A stretch of DNA of 64,000 nucleotides from Harriotta raleighana. Lineage: Eukaryota. Where the stretch lies: positions 528,319 to 592,318 of the forward strand of contig JBNZDD010013498.1 in the NCBI GenBank assembly GCA_050575255.1, given 5' to 3'. This document shows, one piece after another, positions 33,730 to 46,930 of this stretch (within the stretch, counting starts at the first letter, position 1; each line of letters starts with the position of its first letter). The translations under genes and the position numbers were made by a program. A model generated the notes under the pieces. That model worked only from the letters and a program-made list of their open reading frames with translations. It had not been told where the DNA came from and ran no database searches.

Positions 33730-36700
33730 CAAACTTTTTAATTGGCATAAAAATTAGCATGAAGAGTGGATCCTATGAATATCCACTCCACAATATTGGC
33801 TTGGGAGAATATTAAGTAGTTGAGGTCCCATAATATGAAAAAGTAGAGGTTAATCCTAAAACTTTTTGTTATATTCGTGTCTTCTGGCACTATCTTATGA
33901 ACAGATACATAAAAGTATATGGAGCCTTAGAACTTAGAAATAGTTCTACTCAGCCCAACAAGTCCTTACCAGTGTTTATGCTTCATGCAAGCCTCCAATC
34001 CTTCGATATCCTTTCTGTGAAGGAAACATTTCCCGGCGGCACAGTCTGCCCATGTTAAAACCTGTTTTCTGTTGTTTATTAAAGATGAAACTGCACTAAG
34101 CTATTTAAAAACACACATCATAACATATTCAACTTTCACATAAAGAGAAACATTTGTTGTTTTACCACAAAAACAGAGGAATTGTAGCTTTGAAAATGGT
34201 TCAAAGGAGCAGATATGGTGATTGCACGAAATAAACAAATATCAGTCTTAGCTAAACAAAAGACTGAAAAGGCTAGGCCAAGCAGAACTGAAGTTGTTTT
34301 TACATATGGAAATAGTCCTTTGGGTGATCTGAGACAAATATTTAACCAAAATTTTATATAATGTAACTGGGTGGCAACTGTCTAAGTGATAATGAAACCT
34401 TGACATTCTCCACACTGTATCACAATGTGTTTTGGGGCGAAAGATTCACGTAAATATACTATCAAAGCTTTCCTTTCAAAAAAATATAAAAAATTGTTGG
34501 CAAATTTCAGTCAAAATTTTGCCACACATATATGTGAAGATCTTCAAAGCACTGGTGTAATTTTGCCATGCTGGAAATAGTATACTCGCTTACAACAGCC
34601 AAGAATGATTTGATTTATTCAACTTTTTAAAATTCAAAGACTGTTGCATTTATTATGTCAAATGAAGATCTCAGTCAAACAGTAATGGCTGACTTGTAGC
34701 GGTTTGTTTAGGCACCGGGCTGGCGAGACATTGTTAAGAAAGAATTAACCAGTAAATCCTGTAGAAACACTATTTCAATATGTCTTACAGTGTAAGAGCC
34801 AGTGTAGTTGCGTGTTCTGAAATTCCACTCGTTCATAATTCTCTGTAGGGAGAAAGTACTGACAGATGACAATTACACAGGGGAAAGGTCGTTGCATCCC
34901 ATAAACCATTCTTTATCTTCAAGCAAGCAAGACATAAGCATAATTGAGACTATTGATGAGCCTCTGGTACCACAAGGCTTCAAATACACATAGAAATAAG
35001 TTCACAGTTTGTGACACTTGTCTGAAGTCAGGATGCACGGAATTGTAATGTTGCATTTAATTGTAAGGGTCTATAAGCAATAATCTTGAATTCTTAATTT
35101 TTTAATGTAATTTTTATAACCACACGGAGGACCATTACAGCAATTTTACTTGTGTGACTCAGGTTATGTGTCCTAAGAGACAGACCTATGGTATATTTTT
35201 ATCATTTTCTTGCTTTAGCTGTAAAATCTTCCAGTAAAAGCAGTTGTGAATATTCCATGTTGCTGATGCGGTGTCACATTTCCTTTATGCTTCTGTCTGA
35301 AATCGATATTCACTCCAAGGAAGAGAGTGTACAAGGAATCACTGCAAATAGCTTTGCTAATGATAGTTTGGTTGGAAAGAGCCAGTTGTCGGTTCCATGT
35401 CAGTAAATAATGGCACATTAATGTTTCTTATTTGTTAGTTTCATTAATGTTTAGGAATTGATCCCACTTATCATGAATCATTATGAACCGGTTGGATTGT
35501 AAATGACTTTTCTTTCTTCACTTTGATTTGATATTAGTATTTGTGTCGTTCACATCGTGTGACTACTTTGGAGGACTAGCAACAAGAATATCAGGAAATA
35601 ACATGGAATCGATTGATGTCAGGAACTGTGCAGGAAAACTAACTAATGGGAATCAACCTTCCATCTGCTACTGATCATGCAGATAATTTTCAAAGGAATC
35701 TCACTTTAGTTGTTTGGGGGAAACCCAACATATATGCCACAACACTTGCCGTTCATATCTGAATGCAGAATCTCACTTAATGTGGAGACTTCTGTTCATT
35801 AGGCAATTAAATGGGTTACAGGGTTAAAGAAAAATCGTGTTTGGAGCCAACATGTGAGTAGATGTTTTGTGCAGAACTCCTGCTTTATATTACATGATAA
35901 AGTTTTGCATCGTGACATTGTGAATAGGAATCACAGCACCCTCCCCTTTGAGTGGCCTCCATTGAAATTCATCAGAGCCACTTTCCCAAGCTTCCATCTC
36001 TTCCTAACAGCATTGTTTCTGTGATCAGAAAGTTAACACACATGATAAACACATTAAAAAATGTAGTCTATAATGTAGTCCTAAAGAAATCCTAGTCAAG
36101 ACAGGAGTGCATTACAGACAGCAAAGAATTATTGGTGACAGTCAGGCATTGAGTGACAACACTTTAGAAATGAATAGTACAAAGACATGTTTATGCAAAT
36201 CGCTGTATTCAAACACATGAATTGTATTTCCATGAGGATTAATAAGAGATAAATTTGAAACTTTGGAATCTGATGCAATAACCAAATAACACTTTTAATC
36301 TTATTGTAATTACATAAGAGATACAATAATGCCATTGTCCACAAGTTTCATGCAAAATTAGGATTCAGAAAAAAAAGACCATTTCAACAAAAAAAATCAC
36401 AGCACCAAAGGATATCTATATCAATGCAGAAGTTGGCTATGATTATTTATCTTTAGCAGTATTATTTCCCGTGATATATATAGCTTATGCTTGTCAGACA
36501 CAATCAGTTTGGGATTCACATTTGTGTAACTCGTTCAAATAAATGCATTAGAATCACTTAGACAGCTGCTGGTTCCATGTTTATTTCTTAATAGAATTTC
36601 CAGGAATTTGCAGTGCTTACTTTGCTGTAACATTCAGCACAAAATCAGCTTGTGAAGTTTAATGAATATGTTATAGCTATGATATCCTTGATATGCAATA

Positions 36701-36931
36701 CTTATCAAAATTCAGTCACCAGTGATCTCTATGTGCCTGGGCTGATTTAAAACTAAAACCTTCATCAAATGGATTGCAATTAACATTAAATAGCATTAAC
36801 AATTCAATTATGCAAAATAAAATAATTATAGAAATTAAAACAAATAATTTCATTTTTGGAAGAAATCTAATTGTGCAGTTTTTTCCAAGATTAATTTTAT
36901 TCTACAGTAATATTTTTTCACAGAGCTTTTT

Positions 36932-37098
36932 ACAACAACATAATTACATTTGTACAGCAACTTTCACATCAGGAGGATGTCTAAAGGCTGGACAGTCATT
37001 GCTTCGGACCAGCGCTGTGGACGGGAACGGGGGGGCGGTGGAGGGAAGGGAGGAAAAGGGGATGAGCAATGGCACAGTCGAAGGTGAGGGTCTTTTCA
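36932..37098 (-). mobile_element. L2 3' end
   Basis: caacaacataattacatttgtacagc..tttcacatcaggaggatgtc..gctggacagtcattg and G-rich UTR. Confidence 0.75.
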
Positions 37099-38159
37099 GA
37101 AAGAATAGTAACTTTTAACAAAGAATTATAAAAAGCAAGAGCAATCTTACATTGAACAGTAGTCTGTGTTAGTTGTGACAGAGGTGTATATACACATTTT
37201 ATCTCCTTTATATACTCCCACACTTCTGGACCCCTGCAAAGCACGCAATGGATGAGTGGGCTGATAAATACTTGAGAAGAAAGGGCAATGGAGGAAAAGT
37301 CCAAAATATGGGTGATGTGCGACCTTGTCAGATCTAAGAGGCTCAGAAAGCTGTGAATGGGAATTGTGCTGAATTTGTGTTACTTAAATTATCACTCGTG
37401 AATCACCAATACAATGTGCTCCTCTCAGAGGATCAAACCAGCAGATTTTGCTTTGCAGCAAGCTTAGTTTCCACATCTCAAGGCATTGTTCATACAATGC
37501 AAATCGCTGACCCTTCTTTTCAGCTCACAGAAAACTGCTAAGTTTCAGCAGAAAAAACTTAGGCTAACACAAATGCTTAAGAAGAACTTTCTTCCTTCGA
37601 ACCTTATAGGCTATTGTAATGGTATCACGACTTTTAGGTCACGCTGTAGTTTGTTAGTGTTATCACACTGTTGAAGAAGCAAATGGAAAGTAAGTGTAAA
37701 CTCAGTCAGGACATTACCTCTCTGCACTGAGCATATTTGTACATGGCATTCTATTTGAAACTGCCAACTCTTGTCACTTTTTGCCCTATTTACTAGTTTT
37801 GCCATGTTTTCAGCCTAAATTTGAACACTTCCCAAATCACACTTTCAAGATTGATGTCTTTGATCTTCTAGTGAGATTCGATTTCATTTGAAACAAATCT
37901 TTGCTAAGGTGGAAGCATAAAATGTAAGTGTCTGATATGTGAATATTCGGTTAACGAATAAACCTTTTTAAGTAAAATCTACAGCCTTTGAAGTATAATT
38001 GTGAATCCCTTCTTTAATGTTACCCTCATAGAAATCAATGTGCCAGACAATGGTGACATCCACTGATTGATGGGTAACTGATTCCTTCCTGGGACAATTA
38101 TCTTTGACTATGCAACATATTCAGTGTTAACATCTCAAACTAGAGGAACACTGCAATGC

Positions 38160-38264
38160 TCAATTGGCTGCCCACAAATATACAGTTAATTCACTTCACA
38201 GTATAATCTTTGAGACATCTAGAATATATGAAAATTGCTGTATCAAATGCAAGGATTATTATTA
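38160..38264 (+). mobile_element. SINE family A 3' part
   Basis: caattggctgcccacaaatatacag...tatcaaatgcaaggattattatta. Confidence 0.8.
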
Positions 38265-38607
38265 GTAATTGGAATTAAACCATTGAAAGTTTTAATCTGT
38301 TTTTGCCCCCGTTTCACCAACACATAATTCTTGCTACCTGCTCTCAAAATAATTGCCAACACAGTTCAGATAGTTTAATCTTTTGAGAACTTTCTTTAAA
38401 CACTCCAAATAACATTGCTTATTATTCACTTGGAGATAGAGACAAGAAAGATTTTCATCTACAAAAGTAAATCGACAACACTGATTCCATTGAAGGATTC
38501 AGATAGTATCATCAACCATGGTAGCAAATTCAATGCAGTTAATGCAAACCATTCTGAAGCTCTTAACAAAATTGCTACTTTTTCATTCACCCAATACAAA
38601 TGCAAAC

Positions 38608-39020
38608 TTAGTTGATAAGTTCACTGTGCAGAATGTAACTGAGCCATATGGACCAGAAATGTATTAGATTTGCTTACTGGTCTGAATTGAGTTTGGCTCA
38701 TCTCAGTTGGGGAGGCAGGAACAATCAACACAATTGACCCCAGAGGCAAGAGAAGACAATCAGCCAAGGCTACCACTCCTGATTGTCATGGAGTTAGTGC
38801 TGGGAAGTATTATACATGCGTTTACTGTTGGAACAGACACAGGATTTGATCAGGGTCTGCTATGCCACCCACTCTTGGTTGCATTGACTTCTAACACTCA
38901 TTGCCTGGCTCGCATATGCAGAATGATACTTTTGTGAGATCCCAGCAGGTGGTTTGGAACTATACGTCACCGTGAATCAGTACCAAAAGCATAAGGTGAG
39001 GAGGAGGAGAGAGAGAGAGA
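38608..39020 (+). mobile_element. Near full-length ancient AmnSINE2-like SINE
   Basis: actgagccatatggaccag...ctggtctg..tgagtt..ctcatctcagttgggg...caattgacc...aatcagccaagg...ctcctgattg...acactcattgcctggctcgcatatgcagaatg. Confidence 0.65.
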
Positions 39021-40153
39021 GAATTGAAGGGCCAAAAATGCAACAGAATATGCTGTATTCACTCATTTAATGAAGCTTAGAAGCAAGTGAAAATGGGCCT
39101 GCTGTTGAAATGGGAATCCGGTTGAGTTGGTTTTGTGAAAGAATGTGATCAAATGGGTTGGAGTGCCTTCTTCATCCAAAGCTCACATGATATGAAGTCT
39201 AAATGTGTAAATTCAAACTTTTGTGTGTTTTGATGTGACATCTGAAATGTTCAATTGTGTGACAAGAACATAGCTCCCTTGAGAAGTCATTTGTCACTGA
39301 GGTGAGATGCGCACCTGGCGACTAAACAAAGTGATGAGGACCATTGCAAAAGGCTGCAGATTTTTCCATACCTTGACAAAGTCATTTTAATTAGCAGCAA
39401 GTGGGATATATTGAACAAAATGCTTATGCTATCGAAAAGTTCTTCCTTGACTTTAGACATTCCATGTCTCGTCAGCGTTATTTTATTTTATTTAAAAAAT
39501 TTATTAAACACAGATGGGCATAACACCTGTTGGATGCATTTGAGTTGAAATGTATTCAGTCTTCCTCAACAACTGCTGTGCCCTGTGCCCCAAGAGTGAA
39601 CTATCTTTTCCTTTCCTCTGTGCTATAGAGCTTCTGAACCTTCTCTTTTACCCAGTCAGATCTGTTAGTTATTAAAAAGAAATCAGCTACTCTCTATGAA
39701 AAGGTACAAATAATGACCAATTGAAAGTGGAAACCTCAGCTTTCAATAGAGAAAGTCTGTTCCCCCTGGTTTTCTCTGGCATTTTCTTTTTCAGTGAATG
39801 CATTTGCTTTTATGTTCTAAAACCAGCTGGTTTCTTTCCAATGTCTTCGGTGGTCAAAGTCTAAGCTTCGGGTGAAGAAATGCGCATGAGATGTATTTCA
39901 TCGGTATTTCTTCGGGACATTTACAATGAGTACCATTATTCCATTTGTGCAGCCCAAATAATTCTGAAATGTCTTCAGGTGTGAATAAAATAGGAAAAAG
40001 CACTCCGTCAAAAATACTGACTCAAGACACGAGGGTGCCCAATTCTGTACCAAGGTAGAAAAATAAATTCAATTTGCACCTGAATGTGGCAGACCTTCAA
40101 GATAGTAAATCCTCTTCTCTGAAGTGGTTTGTTGTGATTTATTGAGGGGTATT

Positions 40154-40468
40154 AACAACAACTACAAAATTACACTTGTGTAGCGCCTTTCATGTGAGGA
40201 AGACAAAAACAAGAACAACTTCGATTTCTAAAGCACCTTCCACGCTGGATGGCATCTCAGAACGACATACCAAGGTGCTGGACAGTCATTGTTTCAGACC
40301 CGAGCTGGGGTCGGAGATGGGGAGGGTGGAGGGAAAGGGGGGATTTGGGGTGACCGATGGGATCGTCGATGAGGAGGGTCTTGAGGCGGGACTTGAAGGA
40401 GGCCAGGGAGAGGGCGAGGCGGAGCGACTGTGGAATGGAGTTCCAGAGGTTGGGGGCAGGGTGACTTT
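40154..40468 (-). mobile_element. L2 LINE 3' end (ORF2 C-terminus, UTR, doubled tail)
   Basis: Minus ORF SHPAPNLWNSIPQSLRLALSLASFKSRLKTLL is the typical L2 ORF2 end. Confidence 0.85.
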
Positions 40469-40536
40469 GTATTAAGGCCCATTCTGCATTGGTATTTGGA
40501 CTTATTAAAGGAAAATCCCAAACTTTATTAATATAA

Positions 40537-41299
40537 GTAGCGCAGTTGATGTAGTTTACATGGACTTTCAAAAGGCATTTGACAAAGTGCCACATGAGAG
40601 ACTTATTAGGAAATTAAAGGCCCACGGCGTAAAAGGGACAGTGGCAGAGTGGATCCACAACTGGCTGCGAGACAGGAAGCAGAGAGTTGTAGTGAGCGGC
40701 TGTTTTTCAGANNNNNNNNNNNNNNNNNNNNNNNNNNNNNNNNNNNNNNNNNNNNNNNNNNNNNNNNNNNNNNNNNNNNNNNNNNNNNNNNNNNNNNNNN
40801 NNNNNNNNNNNNNNNNNNNNNNNNNNNNNNNNNNNNNNNNNNNNNNNNNNNNNNNNNNNNNNNNNNNNNNNNNNNNNNNNNNNNNNNNNNNNNNNNNNNN
40901 NNNNNNNNNNNNNNNNNNNNNNNNNNNNNNNNNNNNNNNNNNNNNNNNNNNNNNNNNNNNNNNNNNNNNNNNNNNNNNNNNNNNNNNNNNNNNNNNNNNN
41001 NNNNNNNNNNNNNNNNNNNNNNNNNNNNNNNNNNNNNNNNNNNNNNNNNNNNNNNNNNNNNNNNNNNNNNNNNNNNNNATCTGGAATGCATTGCCTGAAA
41101 AGGTGGTGGAGGCTGATTCGATAACAACTTTTAAAAGGGAATTAGATCTTTATTTAGGGAGAACAGGTCTATTAGGCTATGGGGAGCGAGCAGGGCAGTG
41201 GGATTAAATCGCTCTTTTCAAAGAGCCGGCACAGACTAGATGGGCCGAATGGCCTCCTTTTGTGCTGTAAACTTGTATGAATCTATGAATCTATGAATC
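40537..41299 (+). mobile_element. Young CR1 LINE from the RT region to the 3' tail, interrupted by a gap
   Basis: DVVYMDFQKAFDKVPHERL...WIHNWLRDRKQRVVV RT motifs; IWNALPEKVVEA...; (AATCTATG)n tail. Confidence 0.93.
40712..41078. other. Assembly gap (367 N)
   Basis: Run of n. Confidence 1.
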
Positions 41300-42107
41300 A
41301 TTAATTGCATAGTTAAAATGTATAAACCAAACAGTCGATGAGAAAGAAAGTGACAGAATTTAAGCCATTGTTGAAATTTATCATAATCTACTTTGTCACT
41401 TATCAAACTATCAAGACTATTTAATTAATTGAAAAACATTTGCATTTCACAGAACTCTGCATCCTTCATTTACTGCAATTTTAAAATCATGGGAAGATCA
41501 TCTTTTACAGTTTGTTTTATTTTGATGGATTTTGTGTTACACAATTTGTTAGAGTCTGATCCTACACAAACATTTCATACGAATGCACAAGCATTTGAAA
41601 TGTAAGTGCAATGCTTCTGGAATTGTTTCTGAATGTTTCCTTTGGTTGTCAATTGCAGGTACAGTTATCATATTATAATTCAATCTGCAACATATTCCTC
41701 CTCCAGCTCTCTCCTCATTGTTTCTGTCTCCTTCCTTGATCCTTCCCTTCTTATTAGGACTGTCTCCAGCCGTTTCCTTCCATCAGCTAACCCTACTCTT
41801 TTTACATTCATGAGTTTATCTCACACCTGTAGCCTCAGGCTTCACTGTGGCTGAACATTAAAAAAAGGATGATTTGAATGTGATTTTAAAAAATCAAAAT
41901 TTAGGCCAATTCGTGACAATTTTGCCAATTTAGATTAACATTTAGATTTAGATTCATTTGCTTTTATGCTTTTAAGAAGTACAAGGCATATTCGCAGCAC
42001 CATTTTCCTCATTCTTGTCAATTCTGTGCTTTGGATGCATCATGTTGTCAACCCATATATTAAAATCAGTCTGCTATCATGATTCATGCTGCACTTCCCA
42101 CATTATA

Positions 42108-42168
42108 GCAACAACAAATTACATTTGCATAGCTTCTTTCACATCGGGAGGACGTCCCAAGGCGCTGG
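42108..42168 (-). mobile_element. L2 tail-only insertion
   Basis: caacaacaaattacatttgcatagc..tttcacatcgggaggacgtcccaaggcgctgg. Confidence 0.8.
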
Positions 42169-44419
42169 GTTTAATGCTTGAAAGTCATGAAAAGTTGAGC
42201 CAATTTGAAATTGTGAAATTCCCAATATTCAAACAAAGAAAGCGATGATATTAATTCAGGATTCTAACCATTAAAATCCAACTGTGTATGTTAAATCACA
42301 CTGATCACTCAACTTTAGACTCCACATTAGCAAAATGTCTCCCCTACATCATTGCTTCTCTTTACTGCTTCTTCCTCCAAGACACTGCTCACTCAACTGT
42401 GCCTCGGCCAGTCAATAGATTTTTATGTTACATGCCTCCCATTCCCCTTCAAAAAAATTCAGTCGGGTTCTAATGTTTATTTTAAAGCTAGATTCAATCC
42501 CCAGGATAGTTCCCTTATTAAATAACCATGACATGTTTGTTGCAAGTACCTGTTTTGAATAAAACATCCCATGATACTTTGGATCTTGCAAAACTGAAAT
42601 ACATTTTTATTCCCAGCAGCTTGATGGACTTTATGTGTTCCACACTGTGAAAATATCTATGTGTAATTTTTAATGGCGACCAAACCCACTTTTCAGATTT
42701 TTTCCTTACCATCGACATAAGTAGGGTAGAAATGTATTAATTGTGTAACTGAAGGCTATTTAGGAAGGGCTTAGAAACTGACAGAAACATTGCATCACAG
42801 GACCTGACCTCCTAAGGGGATGTATTATACAGTATTAAGAAAATCCTTATTGTTAATTCAATCTATCACACTATATATGACACTGGTATTGTAAATCAAG
42901 TGAAACTATTAAGTCAGTCTGCTCTGCTGCGCTGTCAAGCAAAGGGAATTAATGCCTGTGTTGGGAAAGGTGATAATGATATTGATAACAGCACCAGCCT
43001 TCCTAATTTGGTAGCAGATAGATTTGTGAGATATGAGAAATATGAGAAAACCAAAGATGGTATGTTGAATTACAGCACACTTACATAAAGGGTAATTCTC
43101 AATAGGCATTATACCGCATTCCATTTATTATTTTCATGTGTCTACCTTGACTAAAGGTTAATACATTTCAAAGTTAGAAACTTAACTGCAAGTCTTGTAA
43201 TTAAATTTAACTTGATTCCCACCATGCAGCACACCCAAATCTATTTTTTTTCAAAGTTTGTGACTTTCGATGCAATGAATTTGCCATTTTTGTACTTCTA
43301 TGAGAGGGCAGACATAACAGAGGCGCAACAGTTAAAATAGTGTTAGTGAGCCATGCACCAAAGAAGCCTTGCACCAAACAGGATTTGATACATCCATCTG
43401 GAGCCGGAGTCAACGCTGGTCACAAGTATCAATTAAAGGAGGATTGGTCTAATTGATTGACTAAGAATGATGCTTTTGCAGGTTTCGAAGGAGCTAATGT
43501 TAGTCATTGCCTGTCGCACTTGATTAGGTAGGAAGTTATGACTGTACAAAGGTAAGACCTGTAGTTTCCATCCACGGTGGAATTATGTTGCTTGCAATTG
43601 GTAGATTCACTGACGTTCGGGTAGGATCAGTTCATGCTCATGTATGTACTTTCAGAGTGAGTCTGTCTTGTTAGCTGCCTTGTATATTACAAGATTTTAA
43701 CATGGCAACATAGTCATTTGTGTTTTTACATTTAAAAAAAAACACAATTACAGATTTAAAAATAGCAAAGTTGCTAGCAGAGATGAAGCTCTGTTATCAG
43801 CTAGAGTCCAAATGCTGTATCGAGAGGCTCCGAAAAAAATTTCCAGCCACTTAAAGGGTTAAATATAAACTACTAAAATATGAATAGTTTAAAGACATTA
43901 TAAATTCTGAGTTTCCTGTTATGACCAGGACTAAATTATATTGATTTCAGCTTCAAAGTTGCAGTCCACCAATAAAGCCAATGGTCATTGACGTTACAAA
44001 CTACTCTGTGATATACAAACTGCCACAGGAGGTTTATTAATTTATTATTCAATGCTCTTGTATTGTTTTCCCATTGATCCATTGCTGAATTTCATATTTT
44101 CAAATTCAAGCAAACAGTGATTCCTGCTTTATTTTACTGACTAAGACAAGAGCCATCAGTAAGGAGGTTACTTTAAAAATGATGAAATTTAAAAATTACG
44201 AATGTAGAAGAGGGTAATTCATGATAACTATGTTTTGAAATAAACCCCAATATCATTTGTTTTCTTGGCTTCCAGCAAAGATGAGTAATGACCAGTAATG
44301 ATCGAAGACTAACTGCCCTTGTTGCTTTAATATGCTTAGTCATTATAAATATGATGGCAGCACTTGAGTTCTGTGTTAGAGTTTCCATATTTTCTCACTG
44401 TTCTCTGCAGTGTTCCTGT

Positions 44420-44478
44420 GGCTTGTGATCTCCTCTCGATGTGAAAGGCACTATACAAATGTAATTTTGTTGTTGTTT
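44420..44478 (+). mobile_element. L2 tail-only insertion
   Basis: tcctctcgatgtgaaaggcactatacaaatgtaattttgttgttgtt. Confidence 0.75.
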
Positions 44479-45029
44479 TTTTTTGCATTATGTTATCAAT
44501 GTTAACAGTTGTACATGGCAGAATATTGTAGACATTTTTGTGTGAGCCCAGCATAAGATAACAAAATCTAATTACAGGAGATTTTCTCATTGATAGTGAC
44601 AACGGTTGGATTTTATCAAACAATATTAAACTAATTGAACAATTATGAAATAGAATTCTCTATAGTAACTAGCAATCTCACGACCTAATGTTTATGGAAT
44701 CCAAGGTCCAAAATTGTCATCAGTTAATAGCATCAATGCAGGATTTTAGGATTTTTTTATTTCTTAACTATCAAAATTGTGGATTTCAGATAAGCACAAA
44801 AAGTCTATTTACAGTGCACAGCATACCAACTGGCCACTAGCCTAGACATCTTGAGGTGAAACTATTCAGTGAACTACAGTACAGTAGTTCAAAATCTCTA
44901 TGGAGCACAGCTATTTTCTCCCCACTGCTCAGTCCAATGTAACGTATGTTATTTCAACTTGCTTGCAGTGCAACTGTTACACTGTAAAGGATGATAGTGG
45001 GCAAATTGTTATCTGTTTTACTCTTCATA

Positions 45030-45153
45030 GTCTTGGATATGGGGCAAGGGCAGGAAATTGGAGTTGAGGAACAGACTGTCCATGATCGTATGGAGTGGTG
45101 GAACAGGCTCGAGGGGCTGAATGGCCTACTCCTGTTTCTACGTTTCTGTGTTT
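45030..45153 (+). mobile_element. CR1 3' UTR
   Basis: ggatatgggg..ggcaggaaattggagttgagg...ggaacaggctcgaggggctgaatggcctactcctg. Confidence 0.85.
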
Positions 45154-46644
45154 GTCAAAAAAAAGAGAACATTCTTTATATTTCTGTCAACAGTTTTAAA
45201 AGAAATGCTTTGCTGTGGAGCGAATAATAGTGATTGCAATTCTTGGCAATTTTTAAAAAGAGAGTATTTGGACAGAATACAAGTATTAGCAGTGCTGGCT
45301 CAAGACAATATTTGACTTATCCTCTAGAACCACAGACACCCAGCAAAGAGTTGCCTGCCCTCAGCTTGCATTAGAAATCCAAATCTCAACAAAACATGCT
45401 TTATGCATATTCTCTGGGCAATCAAAACGGAGCAGAATTTGATCGGAGCAGTTTGACAGACACTCCGCAGGTAAACAAAATGGGAGACTGCAGAACTTAT
45501 CTGCTTCGTGCAACAGCCACACTCTTGTAGCACAGTATATAATAGCCGGTGGCAGCTGCTCCAAATGATCACATTTTATTACCTAAAATTAGCTGCATCT
45601 GCAATCCTTCCAGGTTGACATCATATTTATTTATTTTATAGAGTTCATTAGCATCAGTTTGTTTCTATCACACATACCCTCAATCAATCATATTCCCACA
45701 CATATTTTTTGGAAAAAAATGCAGTGGCAAACAAAGTATTCTTTGTCTAATTGTGAACAAGCCTATTTTGTCAGAAACATCACTCAAATATTGCATTTGA
45801 CAGATCTGAGGGCTATACTGGCACTCGGGGAAGTTTGATACTTCTCAAACTACTTCCTTTGCAGAATTTTTTACTCTCTCACAAATGTTTAACCAATTTC
45901 ACCTTTCAAATAATATGCTCAACCATTTGAGGTTTTGGCAATGACTTTTAATGTACCAGAACTGAGAAAAGAGCAAAATATTTTTATTCTACCAAAAATC
46001 GCTGGTGCTCATGCTCTGGCCTACTATTTTACAGTATAAGATTTATTATTCCAAATTTGCACAATCTAATATTTTGTAGATATTTGTTAATCAATTTCAG
46101 CTGTTATTTTAGAAAGTGAAATATGAAAGTCTTTAATTATGTTAGAAGGATGCATCACTAGAGAGAGGAAATGTAATTTTCAGAGCATCCATCTAAAACG
46201 TGAACACTGTAAAAGAAAATTCTAAATGTTTACTCTCAACACTCTTTTCTATATTTTTCCTGATCTCAAGAATATGTTTATTTCAAATGATTAATAAAAA
46301 TGGGATACACAGCCATGGAAATATCCCTAACATAGGTGTTCTTCTCCTGTGTAAGGATACAGTGCAAATCTGTTGTTTAATTCACTATGCATGAATGTAC
46401 TGTGATTCACAGAACAATATGCAAAGACTGTGATAGCTACACAAGTTTTAGAGTCTGCAAGCAGGCTATTTATTTCCAAACAATTGCAGCTTCAGTGATT
46501 AAAATATTTTAGTTATGATACTCGATCTCCACTTTGGTTTGACAATTTGACTTTCCCTTTCAACTCTTCACTTCGCAATAAGGCTCGGGTGAGTGTTACC
46601 AGGTATCACCATCAAACAATTACATAGTTGAACCCCCACCCCTT

Positions 46645-46712
46645 GCTTGGGTCGTCCTCCCGACGTGAAAGGTGCTCTAGAAATATAACTTGGTTTTGTT
46701 GTTTTTGTTGCT
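46645..46712 (+). mobile_element. L2 tail-only insertion
   Basis: cttgggtcgtcctcccgacgtgaaaggtgctctagaaat...ttgttg. Confidence 0.75.
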
Positions 46713-46735
46713 GTCCTTAACCAAACATCCACTTT

Positions 46736-46930
46736 AGAGGGACCATTGGATAGTAATCAGGAGGGCTGAACCTGCGCCAATTTATCTTTTTTCCCTCAGT
46801 TAAAGCCTCCACTGAACCTCCAGCTAAGATCAGCTAACCCAGCCATAGTCTGGAAATCAAACCTGCATCCTTCTGGTTTATGTGGCTCAGTGATAAACCA
46901 GATGTTGACTTCATCCAATAGGTTATTGGA
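46736..46930 (-). mobile_element. AmnSINE2-like 5' half
   Basis: Minus strand actgagccacataaaccagaagga..caggtttg...gggttagctgatcttagctgg...ctcctgattactatccaatgg. Confidence 0.6.

Noticed and set aside
35188-35406. 72-aa ORF with an internal acceptor-like tttcttgctttag, as a possible terminal exon
   Set aside because: No recognisable peptide and no partner coding exons
3941-41207. RT-related ORFs as host or functional CDS (3941, 17983, 40560)
   Set aside because: 5'-truncated CR1 ORF2 fragments without endonuclease domain or promoter
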